IMG/VR virus record: IMGVR_UViG_3300002092_001784
Location: 202,154 to 266,153 of that record
Source: a virus
Taxonomy: Duplodnaviria; Caudoviricetes
DNA: 64,000 nucleotides
Direction: 5' to 3' (one strand)
The notes below the pieces were generated by a model. That model was not told the DNA's origin and ran no database searches. It saw only the letters and a program-made list of their open reading frames with translations. The position numbers were made by a program, and so were the translations under genes. The first letter of the stretch is position 1. Every line of letters starts with the position of its first letter. Below are positions 37,909-48,334 of the stretch, one piece after another.

Positions 37909-38751
37909 ATGATTATATATAAAGCTACAAACAAAGTAAGTGGTAAGTGCTATATTGGGCAAACTGTTAAGACTTTAGAAAATAGAATATATCATCACAT
38001 TTCTAATTCTAAATCTGCAATACATAAAAGTATTTTTCACAATGCTTTGAAATCTTATGGTTCTGATAATTTTGAATGGGAAGTTATAGCAACGGCCGAT
38101 ACAAAAGAACAACTTAATGAATTGGAAATATACTATATAACAAAATATGATAGTATAAATACCGGTTATAATATGGTTGAAGGTGGGACTGGTGGTTACA
38201 ACCAATTTGCGGTAGATGCAAACAAATTAAAAAGAGCAGGTAAAACTTGGAATGAAATATATTCAGATACGGGGTTGGCTGTTATGAAAAATGCATTATC
38301 TACTTTTACTAAAGCTGGGGTTGAATATATTAAAAATTTACCAAAAGAACAAAGAATTATTAATGCAAAACGAGCTAACAAAGCCAGAACTGATATGGGA
38401 TATAAACATAGTGATGCAACAAAAGATAAAATGAGTAAAGCTCAAAAAGGTATAACCAATACAGACCGATATGGTGAAGATGCTGCCAGCGAACTAAAAA
38501 AGAAAATATCCGAAGCAACTAAAGAAGCTATGAAAAAAGTGGACAGGGATTTAATCGGAAGAAAATCAGTTGAAGCTCGTACACCATTTTGGAATAAAAA
38601 ACACGAAAATGATAGAAATGTGATATTAGAGATGACAAAACTGGGTAGTAAAATTAAAGATATAATGTTTGCTATAAATGTATCACCACCGACTTATTAT
38701 AAACGAGTTAATGAATTGAAAAATATGGGATACTCCAATTTGTTTGAATAA
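37909..38751 (+). CDS. Free-standing GIY-YIG homing endonuclease
   Basis: IIYKATNKVSGKCYIGQT...GYN, NUMOD3 HSDATKDKMSKA, C-terminal HTH-like segment. Confidence 0.88.
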   Translation: MIIYKATNKVSGKCYIGQTVKTLENRIYHHISNSKSAIHKSIFHNALKSYGSDNFEWEVIATADTKEQLNELEIYYITKYDSINTGYNMVEGGTGGYNQFAVDANKLKRAGKTWNEIYSDTGLAVMKNALSTFTKAGVEYIKNLPKEQRIINAKRANKARTDMGYKHSDATKDKMSKAQKGITNTDRYGEDAASELKKKISEATKEAMKKVDRDLIGRKSVEARTPFWNKKHENDRNVILEMTKLGSKIKDIMFAINVSPPTYYKRVNELKNMGYSNLFE

Positions 38752-38771
38752 ACAAATCAACTTATAACTTC

Positions 38772-38801
38772 AAAGGGTAGCAGAAATGTTACCCTTTTTT
38801 T
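38772..38801 (+). terminator. Intrinsic terminator
   Basis: AAAGGGTAGCA-GAAA-TGTTACCCTTT stem-loop followed by a T run. Confidence 0.9.
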
Positions 38802-38850
38802 ATGTTTTTAATTTTCGATATATTTATATATATTAACTATAATATACAAT

Positions 38851-39531
38851 ATGACAAAAGAATTTAATAAAGGTTATATGCATCCAACTCGTAGAAAACT
38901 TGTGGATATGGTTCTATCCGGCGGAGAATACGATGGTGATGCTACATTTGGGTACAGAGATATTCAACAGGAAGTTAAACATGCTGTTGGCGAACGGTGG
39001 ACTGATTCTGATGGAAAGAAATGGAAGCAAACAGATGGTGGTAGAGTTGCGGACTCCGAATTAAGTGATATTATGGCAGATGCTCGTGCATATTTAGGTA
39101 AAATGAAATCATGCGCATCTAAAGATTGTAAAACTATAAAATTAGGCAGAGTAGATAAGAAATTGGTAGCAAAAACTGGATATTGTTTACATTGCCTTAC
39201 AATAAAAGAAGCACAGATAAGATATGATGGGTTATGGGAGGTATATGCGGATTATAAGATATATTCAAATATGGTTGGGCACGGTAGAGATGTTTTGGCA
39301 AATCTAAACCAATCATTAAAGGATGTTAAACAAACATACGAATATGTAAATGCCGATGGTAAGTTAGAAACTTGGACTATGGATAGAGATGCTAATGAAT
39401 TAAGAGCAGAAATTCTAATAGATATAACCAATGTTGAAAGAGAACTTGATGAGGTAATAGAATTACGAAATACGGCATGGGACAAACTTAAAGATAAAGG
39501 TTACGATTTAGTAAAAGCACCAACTGACTGA
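38851..39531 (+). CDS. Hypothetical protein upstream of terminase (CxxxxC/CxxC motifs)
   Basis: 226-aa ORF ending 2 nt before terL, containing CASKDC and CLHC. Confidence 0.6.
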   Translation: MTKEFNKGYMHPTRRKLVDMVLSGGEYDGDATFGYRDIQQEVKHAVGERWTDSDGKKWKQTDGGRVADSELSDIMADARAYLGKMKSCASKDCKTIKLGRVDKKLVAKTGYCLHCLTIKEAQIRYDGLWEVYADYKIYSNMVGHGRDVLANLNQSLKDVKQTYEYVNADGKLETWTMDRDANELRAEILIDITNVERELDEVIELRNTAWDKLKDKGYDLVKAPTD

Positions 39532-39533
39532 TT

Positions 39534-41129
39534 ATGAATCAACCAATAGTACAAAAGAAATCCCTAAAGGATATTATAGCAGAGGAATATAAAAAATGTG
39601 CGGTAGACCCGATACATTTTATGAAAAAGTATTGTATGATACAGCACCCTGTTAAGGGAAAAATACCATTTCAATTATTTCCATTTCAAGAAAAGACATT
39701 AACCGAATTTAATGCAAACCGTTTTAATGTGGTTCTAAAATCCAGACAAACTGGTATTTCTACATTATGTGCCGGATATGCATTATGGAAGATGTTATTC
39801 AATACGGATTTTAATGTATTGGTAATCGCTACAAAACAAGAAGTTGCTAAAAACCTTGTTACGAAAGTACGTGTAATGCATCAATTACTACCTGCATGGT
39901 TACGAGGTGGTAGTTTGGAAGATAATAAACTTTCATTGGGATTGCATAACGGTTCACAAATTAAAGCAATCGCATCATCGCCTGACGCAGGACGTTCTGA
40001 GGCATTATCGTTACTGATATTTGATGAGGCGGCATTTATTGATGATATTGATGAGATATGGAAATCTGCACAATCTACATTATCAACGGGAGGTAGCTGT
40101 ATATCATTATCAACTCCAAACGGTGTGGGTAATTGGTTTCATAAAACATGGGTAGGTGCGGAAGAAGGTACAAATCCGTTTGTTCCTATAAAATTACATT
40201 GGACTGTTCATCCAGAAAGAGATCAAAAGTGGAGAGATGAGCAAGAAGAACTCTTAGGAACTAAAGGTGCAGCTCAGGAGTGTGATTGTAACTTTGTAAG
40301 TTCGGGTGATACTGTTATTGATCCTGCGTTATTGATGTTTTATAAAGAAACTTATGTAATGGAGCCAATTGAAAAGGGTGGGATTGATGGAAACTTATGG
40401 CGGTGGGAATTTCCCGATTTCACTAAATCCTATATGATAGTAGCTGACGTTGCGCGTGGTGATGGTGCTGACTTTTCAACGGCTCATGTTATTGATATTA
40501 TAAATTCGGTTCAAGTTGCAGAATACCGTGGAAAAATGGAAACTAAAGATTTTGGAAACTTTTTAGTGGCTTTGGCAACTGAATATGGTGATGCGCTTCT
40601 CGTAATTGAAAACGCAAATGTTGGATGGGCGTGTATTCAGCAGGTAATAGATAGAGGGTATCGTAATCTATTCTATATGTCCAAAGACTTAAAATATGTG
40701 GATACTGAAAATCAATTTACAAACCGATACAGAGCAGAAGACAAGGGATTGGTTGCTGGATTTTCAACTACTTCTCGGACAAGACCGTTGATTATTTCAA
40801 AATTAGATGATTATTTCAGAGATAAATCTATAATCATACACTCATCGAGAACAATAGATGAATTATTTACATTTATTTTCAAAAATGGAAGAGCAGAAGC
40901 AATGCAAGGGTATAACGATGACTTGGTTATGGCTTTAGCTATTGGGTTATGGGTAAGAGATACTGCACTTCGCTTGAGACAAGAAGGTATTGATTTAACA
41001 CGAAAGGCAATAGGTGGTATTTCAAACCAAACCTATTCGGGCATTTATGGTGGTAATTTTAACAGAGATAAAGACCCTTGGAAGATGAGAGTTGGTGATA
41101 ATTATGAAGATTTATCTCAATGGTTGTAG
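39534..41129 (+). CDS. terL: Terminase large subunit (T4 gp17-like)
   Basis: LKSRQTGIST Walker A, LIFDEAAF Walker B, STPNG, nuclease motifs VADVARG and NDDLVMA. Confidence 0.95.
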   Translation: MNQPIVQKKSLKDIIAEEYKKCAVDPIHFMKKYCMIQHPVKGKIPFQLFPFQEKTLTEFNANRFNVVLKSRQTGISTLCAGYALWKMLFNTDFNVLVIATKQEVAKNLVTKVRVMHQLLPAWLRGGSLEDNKLSLGLHNGSQIKAIASSPDAGRSEALSLLIFDEAAFIDDIDEIWKSAQSTLSTGGSCISLSTPNGVGNWFHKTWVGAEEGTNPFVPIKLHWTVHPERDQKWRDEQEELLGTKGAAQECDCNFVSSGDTVIDPALLMFYKETYVMEPIEKGGIDGNLWRWEFPDFTKSYMIVADVARGDGADFSTAHVIDIINSVQVAEYRGKMETKDFGNFLVALATEYGDALLVIENANVGWACIQQVIDRGYRNLFYMSKDLKYVDTENQFTNRYRAEDKGLVAGFSTTSRTRPLIISKLDDYFRDKSIIIHSSRTIDELFTFIFKNGRAEAMQGYNDDLVMALAIGLWVRDTALRLRQEGIDLTRKAIGGISNQTYSGIYGGNFNRDKDPWKMRVGDNYEDLSQWL

Positions 41130-41184
41130 GGTTTTGTTGTTTTACAATATTTATACTATATGAAATCAAATCACACCGTATTTT

Positions 41185-41613
41185 ATGAAAAAAACTATGA
41201 AAGAAGATATAACCACTGATAAATTGTATAAGAGAGGTGAACAACCAATAGATAATCCATTGGATGACTATGATGAATTGGATGTTGAACAATCGGATAT
41301 GGATGATTTTGTTAGGTTTTTGAAGATATACAATAACCAAATGAATGAAGCAACTTGCAGATGTATAACTGAAGCCGAATATAAAGGTAGAGATGTTAAA
41401 TTGGGTAAACCAATGCAAGGTGATGTAAAGAAATTTAAGGTATATGTCAGAAATCCAACAACCGGCAAAGTAGTCAAAGTAAATTTTGGACAAAAGGGCA
41501 TGGTTATTAAAAAGAATAATCCAGAACGTAGAAAATCATTCAGAGCTAGAATGAATTGCGATGAACCGGGGCCAAGAACAGGAGCTCGTTACTGGTCATG
41601 CAGAAAATGGTAA
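41185..41613 (+). CDS. Conserved phage protein with basic C-terminal RKSFRAR...C...YWSC.KW module
   Basis: An acidic N-terminal part ends at ITE and is followed by a basic Cys-containing module. Confidence 0.6.
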   Translation: MKKTMKEDITTDKLYKRGEQPIDNPLDDYDELDVEQSDMDDFVRFLKIYNNQMNEATCRCITEAEYKGRDVKLGKPMQGDVKKFKVYVRNPTTGKVVKVNFGQKGMVIKKNNPERRKSFRARMNCDEPGPRTGARYWSCRKW

Positions 41614-41638
41614 TCATACAAAACAATAAGTAAAAAAA

Positions 41639-43417
41639 ATGGGAGAAAACGAATTAGATGATAGAAGTTTTTTTGGTAGGCTAAAGAAACTATTTTCTAC
41701 AACTGCCATTGTCCGTATGGATAAAGATGGTAAACGGAAAGTAGTTGATACGGATGACCGCCAATATATGACTAATTTCACAAATCTTAGGGATCGTTAT
41801 TCTAAGTTACAGCGTTCATATTATGAGCAACAGGGTGGTGCACAATCAATGGCATATCATCAAGTCCGTAGGGAATTGTTCAGAGATTATGATGCTATGG
41901 ATAATGACCCTATTATTGCATCCGCATTGGATATTTATGCGGACGAAAGTACTACTAAAGATGAGTATGGTGATGTACTTCAAATAAAATCAACAAACGA
42001 ACAAGTTAGAGATATTCTTAATAATCTTTTTTATGATATTATGAATATTGAATTTAATTTATGGCCTTGGACTAGAAACCTTGTTAAATACGGTGACTTC
42101 TTTTTGGCATTGGAAATAGCCGAAGATCAAGGTATTATAAATGTAATGCCTTATTCTGTTTATAATACAGAACGTATAGAAGGTAGTGATCCAAACAATC
42201 AAAATTATATAAAATTTAGAGTAGAAGTAGACCGTTTTGGTAAAAAAGAGTATGAGAACTATGAGATGGCTCATTTTAGATTACTGTCTGATACAAATTT
42301 TCTACCATATGGTAAAGCTATGATTGAAAACGGTCGTAGAGTGTGGAAACAATTATCATTAATGGAAGATGCTATGATGATACATCGTATTATGAGAGCA
42401 CCTGAGAAAAGAGTATTCAAAATTGATATTGGTAACATTCCACCTACTGAAGTTGATAACTATATGCAAAAGATTATCAACAAAATGAAAAAAGTACCAT
42501 TTTTAGACCACAATACAGGAGAATATAATCTGAAATACAATATGCAGAATATTGCTGAAGATTTTTATCTACCGGTTCGTGGTGGTGATAGTGGAACTTC
42601 GATTGATAACCTAGCTGGATTGGAATATGCGGCAATTGAGGATATTGATTATCTAAAAGCAAAACTATTTGCTGCACTTAAAGTACCAAAGGCTTATTTA
42701 TCTTACGATGAAAATGTAAACGGTAAAGCAACACTTGCAGCAGAAGATGTTCGATTCGCTAGAACTATTGAAAGAATACAAAGAACGATAGTTAGTGAAT
42801 TGACTAAAATAGCAATAGTACATTTGGCAGCACAGGGTATAACTGATGCAGAAATGACAAACTTTGAATTAAGTTTAACAAATGCATCCACTATCTACGA
42901 ACAAGAAAAGGTAAATCTTTGGGCTGAAAAAGTTAATTTGGCTACTAATATCAAATCATTGAATATGTTATCCGATGATTGGCAGTATCATAATGTGTTT
43001 GGTATGAGTGATGATGAAATTGATGTAGAACGTGCAAAAATAGTTCTTGACTTAAAACAAAGATTCAGATATACATCAATTGAACAACAAGGGCAAGACC
43101 CAGCAAATCCACCACAACAAACCGATGTTGAAGGTGAATTGGAAGAGATGCAAACTAAAATGGGTAATAAAGGTGGTAGACCGCAGGAAGGAAATACTTA
43201 TGGTAAAGATAAACACCCATATGGTAGAGACCCACTTGGAAACAAAGAAAACGAAAAGGAGAGAAAGCGAGAAACCCGCCCAAATAGTGTAATTGGTAGT
43301 AAACTGGCTCGTGAATACAAAGAAAGTATTTCATCTAAGAATAACCGCAAATCTATTTTATCGGAAAAACGAGACCTATTAAGTGAAGATAATATATTAG
43401 ATGACACCAAAATTTAA
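41639..43417 (+). CDS. gp20: Portal protein (T4 gp20-like)
   Basis: LEDAMMIHRIMRAPEKRVFKIDIGN, EDFYLPVRGG, IEDIDYL...LFAALKVP, EDVRFARTIERIQ. Confidence 0.95.
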   Translation: MGENELDDRSFFGRLKKLFSTTAIVRMDKDGKRKVVDTDDRQYMTNFTNLRDRYSKLQRSYYEQQGGAQSMAYHQVRRELFRDYDAMDNDPIIASALDIYADESTTKDEYGDVLQIKSTNEQVRDILNNLFYDIMNIEFNLWPWTRNLVKYGDFFLALEIAEDQGIINVMPYSVYNTERIEGSDPNNQNYIKFRVEVDRFGKKEYENYEMAHFRLLSDTNFLPYGKAMIENGRRVWKQLSLMEDAMMIHRIMRAPEKRVFKIDIGNIPPTEVDNYMQKIINKMKKVPFLDHNTGEYNLKYNMQNIAEDFYLPVRGGDSGTSIDNLAGLEYAAIEDIDYLKAKLFAALKVPKAYLSYDENVNGKATLAAEDVRFARTIERIQRTIVSELTKIAIVHLAAQGITDAEMTNFELSLTNASTIYEQEKVNLWAEKVNLATNIKSLNMLSDDWQYHNVFGMSDDEIDVERAKIVLDLKQRFRYTSIEQQGQDPANPPQQTDVEGELEEMQTKMGNKGGRPQEGNTYGKDKHPYGRDPLGNKENEKERKRETRPNSVIGSKLAREYKESISSKNNRKSILSEKRDLLSEDNILDDTKI

Positions 43418-43483
43418 TAAACATTAAGATGTTTATATTTATATGTGTTACTTTACATAGATAAGTAAATATAATAAAAAAAT

Positions 43484-44359
43484 ATGAAGAAACTGAGCCA
43501 TTCAAAGTATAAAAATACAGGCATATTATTTGAACTTTTGGTTAGAGAAATAACGCTGGAGGTTCTAAATGGTGATAAGACTGAAAACGCCAAACGAATT
43601 GTGAAGGAATTTTTTGCAAATGGTACTGAGCTAAATAAGGAATTACGTCTGTATGAACTATTACTAAAAGAAAAGTATAATTCGGAAAATAGGGCTGAAA
43701 AATTCGTTGATGCTATATGCCAAAGGCATTCCAAACTCAATGAAGTTAAACTTTCTAAAGAAAAATATACACTTATAAAAGAAATAGCTTCTAATTTTGA
43801 TATTGAGAGATTTTTATCATCACCCATATCCAATTATAAAGTATTGGCATCAATTTATAAAGTATTTGAAGCCAAAAAATCGGAAAATTATGATATTAAA
43901 GATATTTTCAATTCTAAAATTACATTGGTAGAAAATATAATTTCCAAACCTGCCAAAAGACAAACAACTACTCACATAGAAGATGCAAAATTATTAGAGG
44001 CATATAAACAGCAAGATAAAGATATTAGAATGCTTACCTATAAAATTCTTGTTGAAACATTCAATAAAAAATATACTAATTTAGATACAAAGCAAAAAAC
44101 TTTGCTCAAAGAGTATATTAACAATATGAATAATACTTCTAAATTTAGTGAGTATGTATCTGCGGAAATACCAAAGATAGCAAAAGGACTTAAACTCATT
44201 GAATCAAAACTAACAGATGGTGTTACTAAAATTAAATTAAACGAAACTATTTCAGTTTTACAGAAAATGAAAATCGGTAAAACTATATCAGATAGTCAAG
44301 TTTCATCTATAATGCTTTCTTACGAATTGATAAAGGAGTTAAAAACTAAAATAAAATGA
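43484..44359 (+). CDS. Helical head-region protein of unknown function
   Basis: 291-aa helical ORF directly after portal with a late motif upstream. Confidence 0.6.
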   Translation: MKKLSHSKYKNTGILFELLVREITLEVLNGDKTENAKRIVKEFFANGTELNKELRLYELLLKEKYNSENRAEKFVDAICQRHSKLNEVKLSKEKYTLIKEIASNFDIERFLSSPISNYKVLASIYKVFEAKKSENYDIKDIFNSKITLVENIISKPAKRQTTTHIEDAKLLEAYKQQDKDIRMLTYKILVETFNKKYTNLDTKQKTLLKEYINNMNNTSKFSEYVSAEIPKIAKGLKLIESKLTDGVTKIKLNETISVLQKMKIGKTISDSQVSSIMLSYELIKELKTKIK

Positions 44360-44922
44360 ATCGAAACCAATTAAAAGTTGAAATGCGGAAGATTTTCCAA
44401 GAAATCAAAGATGATAGTGAATTGGAAGAGATGACCGGAACTGGTGCAGTAGCTGGATATAATACACCTGCTGCATTTAGTGCAGACCCAACGGCGGCAA
44501 AAAAGAAAAACAAACGATTGGCAGCTGTTTCTGGTGGTGAGATTGTTGATGAGGCAAAGAAATCCAAAAAACTGAAAGAATCTGATATTCTGAATCTAAA
44601 ACAAGAGAAACCAAAACCTACTGCCGGTAAAGAATGTGAAAAATGTGACCAACAAATTGCAGATATTTCTGGTATGGAATTGACTGAAAATCGTTGGTTG
44701 GCTTTGAAAAACGAAGATGGTTCTCCTAAACAAAAAGTTGGTAAAGGTGTCCGTAATATAAAAACACAACTGGCAGAAATTGAAAAATTCGTAAATTGGT
44801 ACGGAAAGATTAAAAACGAAGGCGGACTTAAAAAAGAAGATTATTGGAAACGTACACAAAAACATCTAAATTCAATAAAGGAAAGGCTTATGAATCTTTC
44901 CGATAAAATCAGAACATTATAA
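44356..44922 (+). CDS. Putative internal head protein
   Basis: Leader ending LEE, then MTGTGAVAGYNTPAAF, with further VDE/LTE sites. Confidence 0.55.
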   Translation: MNRNQLKVEMRKIFQEIKDDSELEEMTGTGAVAGYNTPAAFSADPTAAKKKNKRLAAVSGGEIVDEAKKSKKLKESDILNLKQEKPKPTAGKECEKCDQQIADISGMELTENRWLALKNEDGSPKQKVGKGVRNIKTQLAEIEKFVNWYGKIKNEGGLKKEDYWKRTQKHLNSIKERLMNLSDKIRTL

Positions 44923-44929
44923 CATAATT

Positions 44930-45727
44930 ATGAAAACAAAATCTAATATCGGAAAATTACGTGAAGCCATTAGAGCTATGGTACTTGCTGAAGTGAAATC
45001 CTTAAAACAGGAAGATATATCTGATTTACCTAAAGTATCAATTCCCGCAAATGTAAACACAAAATTGCAGTTGGCATTGACTCAAATTAGAGATGCAAAA
45101 TTATCATTCAACCAAAAAATACAGTTAGTTGGTATGGTTATCGATAGTTTGGGAATAGATAAATCTGAATTAAGTAAGATTGATACAAAAATCAAATCAG
45201 TAATGGGTGGTACTAATGATTATGCAGCAGGTGCCGCAGATTATAAAACCAAATATGAAGGTAAACAATCTACTAAAAAGGCAGTTAACGAAGCCAGACA
45301 AATTCCAATCGAAAAAGTAAAGGTGGGGCAGGAAGTTATGTATAGAAATGATATGAACGCTGTTCCGTTTGTGGTTAAGACTATTGAAAAATCACATTCT
45401 GACGGTAAGGAGTATATCATATTAAAAGGTAGTAAAGGTACTCAAGTTCTAAAAAGAATAAAAGGTAATCCGGTATTATTGTTATCAGAAACCACTAAAT
45501 TAAAAGAATCCAAACATAAATCTATGTTAAAGGAAGGTTCTGATTGGATTTTATTACCATCAATCAATAAAATGGTTGACAGTTATGAAGGACATTTTTA
45601 TGATGCTAAAAATCCTATGTTTGGTGAGGAAGTATTATACAATACATCTAAATGGAAGCAACTTTATAAAAAACTAAAAGGTGATGATAAAGAAACAGTT
45701 GATTCTATTGTAAAGGAATTAAGATAA
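44930..45727 (+). CDS. Putative internal head polyprotein (helical module plus KOW/SH3-like module)
   Basis: Shares a 60-aa module with 45773..47095 and has VNE/LSE/LKE linkers. Confidence 0.6.
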   Translation: MKTKSNIGKLREAIRAMVLAEVKSLKQEDISDLPKVSIPANVNTKLQLALTQIRDAKLSFNQKIQLVGMVIDSLGIDKSELSKIDTKIKSVMGGTNDYAAGAADYKTKYEGKQSTKKAVNEARQIPIEKVKVGQEVMYRNDMNAVPFVVKTIEKSHSDGKEYIILKGSKGTQVLKRIKGNPVLLLSETTKLKESKHKSMLKEGSDWILLPSINKMVDSYEGHFYDAKNPMFGEEVLYNTSKWKQLYKKLKGDDKETVDSIVKELR

Positions 45728-45772
45728 TCTAAAGTTTTTTATAGTAACATTACAAAAACATAATTATAAGAT

Positions 45773-47095
45773 ATGAAACCACAATTAAGAGAAAAACTTA
45801 AAGAAATTGCTAAAGAAGTAATGGCAGAAGATTCTGAATACCAAGATTTCTTCCAAAAGGCATTAGAAAAAGCCGGAAAATCAATCCCTTCTATGTCCGA
45901 TGAGGAAAAGAAAGCATTTTTTAATAAAATAGATTCTGCATGGGATGCTAAAGGTGAAAAACGTGAAGTTAACGAAGATGTGGCAGCTGAATTACCATCG
46001 GCAAGTATTCCTATGAATGTAAAAACAAGATTACAGCAAGCTATTCAGCAAATATCTAATTCAAATCTTAGTTTTAATCAAAAAATCCAAGTAGTTGCCA
46101 AAGTTGTAGATGCGATGGGTATTGACCGTTCGGAGTTGGGCAAGATTGATTCAAAGATAAAAAGTAAAATGACAACAGCCACCGAAGGTGTAAAAAAAAA
46201 AATAAAATTTGAAGCATGGGATACTACTACTCCAATTAAAAAAACTGGAGAATATGCAGGTAAGACAATAGATCAACTTCAAAGTGAATTATCCGCACTA
46301 AAAGCTCGTAGTAAAACATATCAAGATAAAGGAGAAGCTGTTCCTGAAGATATTAAAACAAAAGAACACCAATTAAATTTTGCTATTCGTGCAAAACGTA
46401 ATTGGAAAGGTGGGGCATCAAACGAAGCCATTACTGAAATGGGAGAAGGCGATGTTTTCTATAAGAGAATAATGAAATTATACGATAAGGGTGGCGAGTT
46501 TACTAAAAAGAAAGTAGCAGCTGCCGTATCGCATAACCCAAATGCTACTCGTAATGAAATTATAAAGGATTTGCGTGATATGGATCACGATGCTATTACC
46601 AAATCTGCGGACAAACTTCGTATTGAATCCTTAATTAAGGAAGATACTGGTAAACTATTAAAAGTGGGTGAATTAGTTGATTTACCTGCTAAACCATCAT
46701 ATCAAGCTAAAGCTGGTACATATAAATTGACATCGATAGATAAAAATCCAAATGGATATTATATGTATGAGTTCACAAAGAACGGACGTACCGTAATATT
46801 TGGTGAATCTGAGTTGAAATCTATATTAATGAAAGAATCGATTGTAAACGAAGCAGTTTCTCAATCGGATTTGAATAGGATTAAACAAATAGTTCAAGAC
46901 CATGTTGATGCTGGTGGTACATTTATTGGATTGGGGGATACGTTAAAGAAATCGTTTAAGACCGATTTTTCTACGGCAATGGGTACTCCGATGTTTACTA
47001 TAAAATTAGGTTCTAATATTTTTGCTATTCTTAACAAAAAATATGTAGATGATGCCGATTTTGTAATAGGTGACATAGCAGGCGGAACATTATAA
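45773..47095 (+). CDS. Putative internal head polyprotein of about six small modules
   Basis: Modules are separated by MAE, VNE, KFE, ITE, IKE and VNE. Confidence 0.6.
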   Translation: MKPQLREKLKEIAKEVMAEDSEYQDFFQKALEKAGKSIPSMSDEEKKAFFNKIDSAWDAKGEKREVNEDVAAELPSASIPMNVKTRLQQAIQQISNSNLSFNQKIQVVAKVVDAMGIDRSELGKIDSKIKSKMTTATEGVKKKIKFEAWDTTTPIKKTGEYAGKTIDQLQSELSALKARSKTYQDKGEAVPEDIKTKEHQLNFAIRAKRNWKGGASNEAITEMGEGDVFYKRIMKLYDKGGEFTKKKVAAAVSHNPNATRNEIIKDLRDMDHDAITKSADKLRIESLIKEDTGKLLKVGELVDLPAKPSYQAKAGTYKLTSIDKNPNGYYMYEFTKNGRTVIFGESELKSILMKESIVNEAVSQSDLNRIKQIVQDHVDAGGTFIGLGDTLKKSFKTDFSTAMGTPMFTIKLGSNIFAILNKKYVDDADFVIGDIAGGTL

Positions 47096-47106
47096 AATAT
47101 AAAAAA

Positions 47107-47706
47107 ATGCAACCAAAACTATTAATTGAAACAAGACTATTTGAAGGACGAGTACAAGAAGATTCTGGCGGAAGGACTCTTGTAAAGGGTATTCTTCAGA
47201 GAGCTGATGCTGAAAACCAAAACGGTAGAAAGTACCCACGTCAGGTATTAATGCGTGAAGCCAAAAAATACGAAACTCTAATTAAAGAACGTAGGGCTCT
47301 TGGTGAATTAGACCACCCAGATTCAACGGTTATCAATCTAAAGAACGTATCTCACAATATTAGAGAAATACATTGGGATGGGGATGATTTGTGTGGTACT
47401 ATTGAAATTTTACCAACACCATCCGGCAATATTTTGAAGGAACTTCTTAAAGCAGGTATTCTATTGGGAATTTCTTCAAGAGGTATGGGTTCTACTCGTC
47501 AGTTAGAAGGTACAACAGTGGAAGTGCAAGATGATTTTGAATTAATTGCATGGGACTTTGTATCAAATCCATCTACACAAGGAGCATTTATGACGCCTGT
47601 AAATGAATCAGTAAATAGAGGACTTCAACAAATTGGAACTGATATTTGCGGAGAATATTGCAGAGCACAGGATTTAATGAGAGAAATTATAACAGAAATA
47701 TCATAA
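47107..47706 (+). CDS. gp21: Prohead maturation protease (T4 gp21-like)
   Basis: ENQNGRKYP, RALGELDHP, GISSRGMGS, DFVSNPS. Confidence 0.95.
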   Translation: MQPKLLIETRLFEGRVQEDSGGRTLVKGILQRADAENQNGRKYPRQVLMREAKKYETLIKERRALGELDHPDSTVINLKNVSHNIREIHWDGDDLCGTIEILPTPSGNILKELLKAGILLGISSRGMGSTRQLEGTTVEVQDDFELIAWDFVSNPSTQGAFMTPVNESVNRGLQQIGTDICGEYCRAQDLMREIITEIS

Positions 47707-48332
47707 TGAAAAAACCATTTGACATATACGACTATGTGCATAACACTAAGATAACTTTCAAAGTAGATGCACCGGAGAACGCAACTCATGTATCCAAAGG
47801 ATATAATGATATTCGTAAAACCACACTAAAAGAAGCAAAGATTGTAAACGGTAAGTTCAGTCTTTCAGAAAGTCTAAAAAATGAAACCGATAACAGACCG
47901 TTAAGTACGGAAGTTAAAAGACATTTCTTGGAAATCATATCTACTTACAATACTTACCAAGACCAAATGCGTAGACCTTCGGATTTAACCGAAATATCAG
48001 AAACATTAGGTGGTATTGTGGAAGCCGCTAAAGAATTGGCAACCCGTGAATCGCCGGACTGGTTTGATGGTGTTACCGTAAAACGTAATATGCAAGAACT
48101 TCAAAAGTTGGACATTCAGTTTGAAAAATTTGCAATAGAAGCCAAAGCAATGGATGAAAGATTGCACGCATTGTATGAAGATATGGGAAACATTTTATCA
48201 AGATACTATAAGATAGCTGATATTCCAACCGATACTATGAAAGAGAGACTTGCTATTAAAGAAACAAAAAAACCAATTAAAGAAGCAAAAAGTTCTCAAC
48301 TTAAAAACGCAATATTCGGTAAAAGCAAATAA
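47706..48332 (+). CDS. Helical head-region protein of unknown function
   Basis: The ATG at 47706 overlaps the protease TAA (TAATG), and the protein is coiled-coil-like. Confidence 0.6.
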   Translation: MKKPFDIYDYVHNTKITFKVDAPENATHVSKGYNDIRKTTLKEAKIVNGKFSLSESLKNETDNRPLSTEVKRHFLEIISTYNTYQDQMRRPSDLTEISETLGGIVEAAKELATRESPDWFDGVTVKRNMQELQKLDIQFEKFAIEAKAMDERLHALYEDMGNILSRYYKIADIPTDTMKERLAIKETKKPIKEAKSSQLKNAIFGKSK

Positions 48333-48334
48333 CT

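Noticed and set aside
39534-43417. Inteins or introns in terminase or portal
   Set aside because: Both ORFs are of ordinary length with continuous family motifs.
47646-47705. Upstream start for the 47646..48332 ORF
   Set aside because: It would overlap the protease gene by 61 nt. The ATG at 47706, coupled to the protease stop, is more plausible.
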